Source of the DNA: an uncultured Elusimicrobiaceae bacterium
GTDB taxonomy: Bacteria; Elusimicrobiota; Elusimicrobia; Elusimicrobiales; UBA9959
Assembly (NCBI GenBank): GCA_964415175.1
Contig: CAYPYG010000003.1
Span: 65,586-129,585, forward strand
Direction of reading: 5' to 3'
Length of the DNA stretch: 64,000 bases
Below are positions 24,946 through 32,099 of the stretch, one piece after another; position 1 is the stretch's first letter, and each line of letters begins with the position of its first letter. The position numbers were made by a program, and so were the translations under genes. A model generated the notes under the pieces. The model did no database searches, was not told where the DNA came from, and saw only the letters and a program-made list of their open reading frames with translations.

Positions 24946-26403
24946 CTATCCCTGGTCCGGGAGCGGCCCAGGCCGGGATGTCCCCGCGAGCCTGAGTTTC
25001 TTGCCAAGGTAGCGCGCCTTCATGGCGGCGTAGAGCGCCATCCCGTCCGCCAGTTCCCGGCAGGACGCGGGTTCCCCGGCGCATTCCAGCGCCAGTTCCT
25101 TGCGCTCGCCCGGAGAGTAAAGGAAGGGGTCGAGCCTCTCCCGCAGTTTTACCGTCGAACAATCTGGACGGACCGCGAGGCGGAGGGAGCGTATCTCCTT
25201 GTCCCCCCGGTGGCGCGGCAGGTGAGTGAAGTCCCCGAAACCGGGGGTCATGTAGAGGCTTTTGTAGATGGCGAAGATGGAGAGATAATAGCGGGACTCC
25301 TCCTGGAAGGCCCGGTTCAGCTCGGAGGTGCTTTCCAGGATACGGTCTATTTTTTTCTCCGGGTAGCCGTTCACGAGCCCCCAGTAGTAGCCTTCCACCG
25401 GATTGCGCGGACCGGAGCGGTAGCGGCATTTCCTGGAAACCTCGTCGAGCATGGGGGCGAGTATGTCCCTGAGCCGCCCGAGGTCTATGCCGCTCTCCAG
25501 GTCCCCTATGCGGTATTTCGGGTCGATGGGCGGCGGCGCGGTCACGAAATCCGGCGAAGGGTAGAAGAAGCCGTCGTAGTGCAGGGCGAGCGTGCCCGAA
25601 GTGCATTCCCTGCCGTCGTCCTCCGATTTCAGCTCCCGCCTCAGCGGGAATTCCGCGAACGCGGCCTCGGTGCGTTTCACGTCCGAGCCCGGGTTCAGCG
25701 CTCCGAGGAACCCGTCTATCATGCGTCGTAAAGCCAGCCGGAAGCGTTCGATATCGGCCCTCTCCCATATTCCGTAAGCCTCCAGGCCTACCGGGATGGT
25801 CCTCGCCCCGAGGTCGTGCCTGAAAAAATCGACTATCTCCGGCAGCGCGTCCACGGTCCCGGGCGTCAGCGTGGGGGTGATGCAGCAGCGGTCCATGCGC
25901 TCCGGCGTCGGGTAGCCCTTCCTGAGATTTGCCGTCACGGCCTCGAAGACCGAGCCGCGCCCGCCGTCCGCGAATTTCCTGTGCAGATCGTTGACCGGTT
26001 TTATCCCGTCGAGGCTTACGCGCGCGAGAACCCCGTTCCGGAAGAAATAATCCGCCCGGTCCTTCGTCAGGAGGGTCCCGTTGGTGGCCACGGCCAGCTC
26101 GAAGTCCAGCCCCTCGGAGCGTATGTAATCGATGGTCCTTTTGACCAGGTCGAACTCCAGCAGGGGCTCCCCGCCGGAGAACTCCAGCTTGACGGACCCG
26201 GTGAACGTGCGGCGCATCCTGGGGCCCCTGGACACCAGGTCCACGAAGCGCTTCAACTGGGCGAAGGTCAGCGTCCTGTTCTCCGCGCCCCCCCGGAGAT
26301 GCCTGGTGTAGCAGTAGGAGCAGGCCTGGTTGCAGCGGTTCGTCATGATGATCTCGAGGTCGAGCATGGGCGGCTTGGCCGGTTTTGACGGTCCTGTCTT
26401 CAT
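24946..26403 (-). CDS. Radical SAM paralog P2
   Basis: Start at ATG 26403 (MKTGPSKPAKPPMLDLEIIMTNRCNQACSYCYT). SGGEPLLEF; SLDGIKPVNDLHRKF; GFGDFTHLPRH; FLYSPGERKEL; MKARYLGKKLRL. The track ORF to 26871 is read-through of P3. Confidence 0.85.
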   Translation of the reverse strand: MKTGPSKPAKPPMLDLEIIMTNRCNQACSYCYTRHLRGGAENRTLTFAQLKRFVDLVSRGPRMRRTFTGSVKLEFSGGEPLLEFDLVKRTIDYIRSEGLDFELAVATNGTLLTKDRADYFFRNGVLARVSLDGIKPVNDLHRKFADGGRGSVFEAVTANLRKGYPTPERMDRCCITPTLTPGTVDALPEIVDFFRHDLGARTIPVGLEAYGIWERADIERFRLALRRMIDGFLGALNPGSDVKRTEAAFAEFPLRRELKSEDDGRECTSGTLALHYDGFFYPSPDFVTAPPPIDPKYRIGDLESGIDLGRLRDILAPMLDEVSRKCRYRSGPRNPVEGYYWGLVNGYPEKKIDRILESTSELNRAFQEESRYYLSIFAIYKSLYMTPGFGDFTHLPRHRGDKEIRSLRLAVRPDCSTVKLRERLDPFLYSPGERKELALECAGEPASCRELADGMALYAAMKARYLGKKLRLAGTSRPGPLPDQG

Positions 26404-26405
26404 CG

Positions 26406-27905
26406 TCACCTCGTTCTCCCCGGAAAGTGCTCCAGTTCCACGCGCAGCTTTTTCCCCAGCCAGGCGGCCTTCATGGCCGAATACATGAGGACGGCTTCGG
26501 TCTTTTCTTCCGCCGCCCCGGCGGACCCCAGCACAAGGGTCTTCCGCCCGCCGGGAGAATAAAGGAAGTGGTCCACCTCGCCGCGCAGCCGGGCAAGGGA
26601 GGACTCTTCGCCGGCCTCCAGCCGCAGGCGGCGGACCTCCGCGCCCGCCGCGTGTTTCGGCGCGTGGGGGAAATCCCCGAAACCGGCTTCGCGGGAGAGC
26701 CCGCCGTAAAGCCGGTGCAGTCTGAGGAACCCTCCGGCCTCTTCGCGGAAGACCCTGTTGACCTCGGAGGTGCTCTCCAGGATCCGCTCTATCCGCGCGC
26801 GGGAGTAGCGGTTCACCAGGCCCCAGTAATAGCCCTCCACGGGAGAGCGCGGCCCGGACCGGAACCGGCACTTGCGGTCTATGGCGCGCAGCATCGGCGC
26901 GAAAGCGCGGCGCACCGCCGCGAAGTCTATCCCGCTTTCCAGGTCCCCGACGCGGTACTTTTCCTCCGGCGGGGGCGGGGCGACCACGAAGTCCGGCGAG
27001 GGATAAAAGTGTCCGTCGTAGAGAAGGGCGAGCGTCACGGTGGCCTGTTCCGGCCCCTCGCGGTAGCAGCGGATGTCCTGGCGTACGGGGAAATCGGCGA
27101 AAGCGGCCTCTATCTCCTTAGGGTCGCCCCCGGGAGCGAGGGGGGACAGGAAACCGCGGACGGAGCGCCGCAGGGCCAGGCGCAGACGCCGCAGGCCGGC
27201 GGCGTCCCATTCGCCGAAGGCCTCCAGTCCTATCCTGAGCTTGCGCACCCCCATTTCCCCGCGGAAAAAACGGATCGTGTCCGGCAGGGTAGGGATGGTC
27301 TCCGGGTCCAGGGTCGGGGATATGTTGCAATAGGCCCTGTGGCGCTCCGTGGGGAAGCAGGCGGAGATGTTCTTCATGACGGCGTCGAAGACGGATTTGT
27401 CCCTGTCGTGGGCGAAGACCCGGTGCCTGTCGTTGACCGCCTTCAGTCCGTCCAGGCTTATCCTTATGTCGACTCCGTTGGCGACCAGCCAGTCCGCGCG
27501 CTCCGGGGTCAGCAGCGTGCCGTTCGTGGCGATGGCGAGCTCGAAATCCAGACCGCGCCCGCGGATATACTCCACCGCGCGTTTGAGCGACGAATACTCC
27601 ATGAGCGGCTCGCCCCCGGCGAACTCCAGGCGCACCGGGCCGGCGAACTCCGTCCTTATCGCGCGGTCGGAGGCCAGGAGGTCCACGAAGCGTTCGAGCT
27701 GTTCCGGTGTCAGCTTTCTGGCGGAGCTGTCGTCGCGGAGATGGCGCGAGGAGCAGTAGGAACAGGCCAGGTTGCAGCGGTTGGTCAGGAATACTTCGAC
27801 CTCGAAGGCCGGCCGCGGGACCGGTGAGGCCGCCTTTTTCATTCCGGCGGCCGCCCCGCGGCGGGCGGGAACGGGGCTGTTTGCGCGTGACGTCGTTCTG
27901 CTCAT
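26406..27905 (-). CDS. Radical SAM paralog P3
   Basis: FEVEVFLTNRCNLACSYCSS; GGEPLMEY; SLDGLKAVNDRHRVF; GFGDFPHAPKH; FLYSPGGRKTL; MKAAWLGKKLRV. The start could alternatively be the internal MKKAAS, 21 codons downstream. Confidence 0.8.
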   Translation of the reverse strand: MSRTTSRANSPVPARRGAAAGMKKAASPVPRPAFEVEVFLTNRCNLACSYCSSRHLRDDSSARKLTPEQLERFVDLLASDRAIRTEFAGPVRLEFAGGEPLMEYSSLKRAVEYIRGRGLDFELAIATNGTLLTPERADWLVANGVDIRISLDGLKAVNDRHRVFAHDRDKSVFDAVMKNISACFPTERHRAYCNISPTLDPETIPTLPDTIRFFRGEMGVRKLRIGLEAFGEWDAAGLRRLRLALRRSVRGFLSPLAPGGDPKEIEAAFADFPVRQDIRCYREGPEQATVTLALLYDGHFYPSPDFVVAPPPPEEKYRVGDLESGIDFAAVRRAFAPMLRAIDRKCRFRSGPRSPVEGYYWGLVNRYSRARIERILESTSEVNRVFREEAGGFLRLHRLYGGLSREAGFGDFPHAPKHAAGAEVRRLRLEAGEESSLARLRGEVDHFLYSPGGRKTLVLGSAGAAEEKTEAVLMYSAMKAAWLGKKLRVELEHFPGRTR

Positions 27906-27977
27906 CTTCGGGCCGGGCGCGGGCGGCCGCGGCGCCTTATGATTTTAACACTTTTCCGCGCCGGGTAAGGCCCGCCT

Positions 27978-27990
27978 ATTTAATATAATC
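27978..27990. promoter_or_regulatory. AT-rich element in divergent intergenic region between P3 (-) and P4 (+)
   Basis: Sequence atttaatataatc has TATAAT at 27984-27989, about 50 nt upstream of ATG 28039, which has a GGAGGAAGGAG RBS. It is the only AT island in the 133-nt gap. Confidence 0.3.
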
Positions 27991-28038
27991 TACGCCAGGA
28001 GCGCCGCGCCGCGCGCGGGGAGGAAGGAGCCGCCGGGA

Positions 28039-29427
28039 ATGAAAAAAAAGAGCGTGAAGCCGCAGCACCCCCGTTCGCCTTTCCTGCTGGAACTGGTGCT
28101 CTCCAACCGCTGCAACCTGGCCTGCGACTATTGTTCCTCCTCTTTCCTTCTGAAAGATAAGACCAGGAAGGTCCTTCCGTTCGGAACTCTCCGGCGCGCC
28201 GTCGACCTTTACGCGGTCTGTCTGCAGAAGAACGGCCTCGCCGGTGAGGGGCTCGTCTCCTTCACGGGCAACGAGCCGCTCCTGGATTTCCCGCTGCTGC
28301 GCCGGGTCGTCCGCTATATACGCCGCGCGTACCCCCGGATGAGGATGCGGCTGGATACGAACGGCACACTGCTGGACGCGGGGAAGGCCTCCTTCCTTTC
28401 CCGCAACGGCGTGCGTATCTTCGTCAGCCTGGACGGCTGCCGCGCGGCCCACGACAGGCACCGGACCTTTCCCGGCGGACGCGGGTCCTTCGACGCCGTC
28501 GTCGGGGCGCTCCGCGCTCTGCCGGAAGAGCTGCGCTCGGGCGGGGGACTCTGCGTCTGGTCGGTCGTCACGCCGGAGACCATCGGCCTGCTGCCGGAGT
28601 CCCTGGACCTCTTCCGCGGGCTCGGGGTCGGCACGGTGGTGCTCGGCCTCGAGACCTACGCCAGGTGGGACGCCGCGGCCCTTCGCCGGCTGAAGGCCGC
28701 TTTCCGGCTGTTCAGATCGCGGCCGCTCGAAGCGCTCGGCGGCTCCCCCCCGCCCCGCTTCCTCTTCGGCCTTTCGGGCGCCTCCGATTTCCGCGGGATG
28801 ATCGGGCAGGCCGTCTCGCTGGCGCTGGACGGCCGGTTCTATCCCTGCGATTTCGCCCTCATACCTCCGGGCGGGCGGGACCTCAGCGTGGGGGACCTGG
28901 AGAGCGGCATAGACATGCGGAAGCTGGACCGGATGATCTCGTCGCCCATGTTCCGCCGCATCGAACGCGGCTGCGAGCGCATGTCGGGCCTGCGCGCGCC
29001 GGTGGAGAGATATTACCGCGGGCTTTCCCTGGGGCTTTCCGGGCGGGAACTCTCCCGCGACCTGCGGGACACTTCCAGGGTCAACCTGCTTTTCGCGCGG
29101 GAGATGTCCGGTTATCTCGGACTGCTGGAGACCGGCGAGCGGCTGGCGACCGCTCCCGGTTTCGGCGACCTGGCCCACTCTCCCAAGTATTCCGCGGACA
29201 AGACCGCGGCCGCGTTCAGGCTGCGTCCGGGCGGCGCGCCGCTTTCCGCGCAGCGCGCCGGCCTGGACCTTTTCCTGTACGCGCCCGGCCGGAGAAAATC
29301 CCTGACCCTCGGGTTCGCGGCCGGGGACGACGCGGCCCGCGGGCCGGCCGCCGACCTCTGCGCTTATTCACTGGCCAAGGCCGGCCTGCTGGGCCTGAAA
29401 CTCGCCGTCAGCCTGGAGCCGGAGTGA
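28039..29427 (+). CDS. Radical SAM paralog P4
   Basis: LLELVLSNRCNLACDYCSS; TGNEPLLDF; SLDGCRAAHDRHRTF; GFGDLAHSPKY; FLYAPGRRKSL. Confidence 0.85.
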   Translation: MKKKSVKPQHPRSPFLLELVLSNRCNLACDYCSSSFLLKDKTRKVLPFGTLRRAVDLYAVCLQKNGLAGEGLVSFTGNEPLLDFPLLRRVVRYIRRAYPRMRMRLDTNGTLLDAGKASFLSRNGVRIFVSLDGCRAAHDRHRTFPGGRGSFDAVVGALRALPEELRSGGGLCVWSVVTPETIGLLPESLDLFRGLGVGTVVLGLETYARWDAAALRRLKAAFRLFRSRPLEALGGSPPPRFLFGLSGASDFRGMIGQAVSLALDGRFYPCDFALIPPGGRDLSVGDLESGIDMRKLDRMISSPMFRRIERGCERMSGLRAPVERYYRGLSLGLSGRELSRDLRDTSRVNLLFAREMSGYLGLLETGERLATAPGFGDLAHSPKYSADKTAAAFRLRPGGAPLSAQRAGLDLFLYAPGRRKSLTLGFAAGDDAARGPAADLCAYSLAKAGLLGLKLAVSLEPE

Positions 29428-30692
29428 GAGGGGATTTCCTGCTGGAGGTCTTCATCGGATGGCCCGGCTGCGGGAACGGGACCTCCGGGATCGCGCCGGA
29501 ACTCCTGCGCCGGGCGCTGGTCCGCGCGCGGCGCTTCGCCGGCCGGGGCGGGCGTTTCAAGATCGTTTTCACCGGCGGAGAGCCGCTCGGGGACCCCGGC
29601 CCGCTGTTCCGGCTGCTCCGGGCGGCGCGCCGCGCGGTCCCTTCGGCGGAACTGGAGGTCGTCTCCTCCGCGGAACTGCTGACCCCGCGGACCGTCCGGG
29701 ACCTGGTCTCCGCCGGCGCGGAGATAAGCGCCCGTTTCGACCTGCGCGGCGGCCGCCGCGCCCGCGCGGTCGTCCCCGCCCCTCTGGCCGCGACGATGTC
29801 CGACGGACGTCTCGCCGCGAGGGTGCACGCCGCCGCCGTTCTCGATTCGCGTTCGATAGGACGCCTGCCGGAGATCGCCCGCCTCCTCGGAGCACGCTCC
29901 GGGTTCAAGCAGCTGGAGATAGCGCTGGACGCCGGGGTAACATGGACCCCCGCCGCTCTGGACCGGCTGCGCCTGGAGCTGAAAGGCCTGAAAAGGTCCG
30001 CGGCCGCGGCGCTCGCCGCCGGCGGCCCGCCCGCCGGTTTTATTTTCAGCGGTTTCTCCGGGGCGCCCGCCGAGGAGGACCCGGGCCGGGCCCTCACGCT
30101 GTTCCCCGACGGGAGTTTCTTCCCGTCCGACCTGGCGACCCTGCCGCCGCTGCGGCGCTTCGCGGCCGGGGACGCCGCGGGGGGCATAGACGCTTCCCGG
30201 CTGCGCCGCCTGGCGGCCTTTCAGTCCGGGCTGGCCCGGAAGTACGGTGCGGGGCCCGTTTCGCCGGCCGAGAGTTACGCCCTGGGCGCCGCGCGCGGGC
30301 TTTCAGGGCGCGCGCTCGAGGGTTTCCTGGAGGGCGCCGCCCGCGTCAACCGGGTCTTCGCGGAGGAGGCCGGACCGCTGTTCTTCCTGGCCGGTATTTT
30401 CGCCCGCCTGCGCCGCGAACCCGGTTTCGGCGACCTGGTCCATCCGCCCAAATACGCCGCCCCGGTGCTCATGAGGGAGATGGCCATCGCCTGCGACGGT
30501 CCCGCGCCGGCCTCCCTGCGGGCCTGCGCCGACCTTTTCCTGCGGTCCCCCGGCGCGGCCAAGAGACTCTCGCTGGGAGGCCGGCCGGGTTCCCCGGCGG
30601 TCCCCCTCGCGGCCTACCTGCTGGCCGCCTCGCTGCTGCTCGGAAGGAAGTCCGCTCTTTCGATGATCCCTCCCGCCGGCCGTTCTCGCTAG
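29424..30692 (+). CDS. Degenerate paralog P5 lacking the CxxxCxxC radical-SAM cluster motif
   Basis: GTG start overlaps the P4 stop (GTGA 29424-29427). FLLEVFIGWPGCGNGTSG replaces TNRCNxxCxYC. It keeps TGGEPLG, GFGDLVHPPKY and FLRSPGAAKRL. The track ORF from 28665 is out-of-frame overlap with P4. Confidence 0.7.
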   Translation: MRGDFLLEVFIGWPGCGNGTSGIAPELLRRALVRARRFAGRGGRFKIVFTGGEPLGDPGPLFRLLRAARRAVPSAELEVVSSAELLTPRTVRDLVSAGAEISARFDLRGGRRARAVVPAPLAATMSDGRLAARVHAAAVLDSRSIGRLPEIARLLGARSGFKQLEIALDAGVTWTPAALDRLRLELKGLKRSAAAALAAGGPPAGFIFSGFSGAPAEEDPGRALTLFPDGSFFPSDLATLPPLRRFAAGDAAGGIDASRLRRLAAFQSGLARKYGAGPVSPAESYALGAARGLSGRALEGFLEGAARVNRVFAEEAGPLFFLAGIFARLRREPGFGDLVHPPKYAAPVLMREMAIACDGPAPASLRACADLFLRSPGAAKRLSLGGRPGSPAVPLAAYLLAASLLLGRKSALSMIPPAGRSR

Positions 30693-30697
30693 CTTTC

Positions 30698-30712
30698 TTA
30701 TTTTATTGTATC
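30698..30712 (+). promoter_or_regulatory. AT-rich promoter-like element upstream of AKR gene
   Basis: Sequence cttattttattgtatca has ATTGTA at 30705-30710, within the 102-nt gap after P5. Confidence 0.25.
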
Positions 30713-30723
30713 ATTGGCATAAG

Positions 30724-30766
30724 AGCCGCTGTGATGCATTCCGTAACCGCATTCGGCGGCTTTTTT
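30724..30766 (+). terminator. Terminator-like hairpin plus T-run (terminator or leader attenuator)
   Basis: AGCCGC (30724-30729) pairs with GCGGCT (30756-30761), with partial inner pairing (GATGC/GCATT). It is followed by TTTTTT (30761-30766). It lies downstream of the AT-rich element and 29 nt upstream of ATG 30795. Confidence 0.45.
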
Positions 30767-30794
30767 CAAGCCCCGGCGGCGGGGAGCTCCGGTC

Positions 30795-32090
30795 ATGAAA
30801 AAAAGGAAACTGGGAAATACAGGGCTCCGCGTCTCCGTGCTGGGTTACGGTTCGGGGGTGCTGAGTTCCGTTCCTCCGGGGGAGCCTTCGGCGGCGCGTC
30901 TCCTCAACCGGCTTCTCGACTCCGGCGTCAACTATATCGACACCTCGCCCGACTACGGCAGCAGCGAAGAGCTCATCGGCCGGGCCCTGTCCGGGAGGAG
31001 GAGCGAGTTCTTCCTGGCCACCAAGTGCGGCTGCCCGGACAGGGGCTGGAGCCGCGGACATGTCTGGACCGCCGCCAGACTGCTGCACAATATCGAGAAC
31101 AGTCTGCGCCGCCTGAAGACCTCCTGCGTCGACGTGTGGCAGCTCCATAATCCGCCCCCGGAACTGGTCCGGCGCGGCGGCCTGCTGGAGGTCATGGAGA
31201 AGGTGCGGCGGCAGGGGAAGGCCCGTTTCGTTTCCGTCAGCACTTTTCTGCCCGACGCGGAGGAGTACATCGGCTGGGGGGCTTTCGACGTGTTCCAGCT
31301 GCCCTACGGCGCGCTGGACCGGCGCAACGAGTCCGCGGTCGCCGCGGCCTCCTGTTCAGGGGCCGGCGTGGTGGTCCGAGGGAGCATAGCGGAGGGCGAG
31401 CCGAAAGGCGCGCTTTCGCGCGACAGGCTCTGGAAGTTCTGGGCGGCGGCCGGCCTCGACGGCCTGCGCCCGGAGGACGAGAGCCGGACGGCTTTCCTGC
31501 TGCGCTTCGCTCTTTCCAACCCGGACGTGGACACCGCCGTCCTCGGTACCCGTTCTTCCGCGCATCTGGACGAGGCCGTGCGGGCGGCCGAAGCCGGTCC
31601 TCTGCCCGCGGAACTGGTCCGGGAGGTCCGCCGCAGGCTGGACGCCGCGGGCTGCCCGTCCGCGCCTCCCCGCGGGCGCAGGAAAGCCGGCGGCGGGCCG
31701 GGCAGCGTCGAAGTCGAGGTGAAGCCGGCGGAGGCCGCCTGCCTGCCGGCGCTCGTCGAGTCCGCCGCCGCGGGCGGCGCGCGGATCAGGCTGCGCCCAG
31801 GGACCGGCCCCTGGGACAGGTCGTCCCTGGCGGCCCTAAGGCGCGGTCTGGCCGGCCTCGGCAAGACCATTATCTCGGGCGTCGCCAGGGGGCGCCGCCT
31901 GCACCTGGACGGCGCCGGCGGCCGCGCGGCTTCGGGGACGGGCCCGGCGGCGGAGGAACTTCGCCGGGGGCTGGACAGGATAGCGGAAGGAGTGGAGTCG
32001 CTGGCGGACAGAAGCAAGGCGTTCAGGGAGTACCTCGACGAAGCCGCGGGCGGCCGCGGCGTGCGGGGGCGCGGACGCGGCAAGAGGTAA
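30795..32090 (+). CDS. Aldo/keto reductase with ~140-aa C-terminal extension related to the locus-specific module
   Basis: AKR N-terminus KLGNTGLRVSVLGYG, then NYIDTSPDYG and VDVWQLHN. The extension (~31665-32090) has LRRGLAGLGKTII and KAFREYLDEA, matching LRAGLAGLGQLLL / PAFKAYLAAL of 42353-43135. Confidence 0.8.
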   Translation: MKKRKLGNTGLRVSVLGYGSGVLSSVPPGEPSAARLLNRLLDSGVNYIDTSPDYGSSEELIGRALSGRRSEFFLATKCGCPDRGWSRGHVWTAARLLHNIENSLRRLKTSCVDVWQLHNPPPELVRRGGLLEVMEKVRRQGKARFVSVSTFLPDAEEYIGWGAFDVFQLPYGALDRRNESAVAAASCSGAGVVVRGSIAEGEPKGALSRDRLWKFWAAAGLDGLRPEDESRTAFLLRFALSNPDVDTAVLGTRSSAHLDEAVRAAEAGPLPAELVREVRRRLDAAGCPSAPPRGRRKAGGGPGSVEVEVKPAEAACLPALVESAAAGGARIRLRPGTGPWDRSSLAALRRGLAGLGKTIISGVARGRRLHLDGAGGRAASGTGPAAEELRRGLDRIAEGVESLADRSKAFREYLDEAAGGRGVRGRGRGKR

Positions 32091-32099
32091 GGAGAGGCC

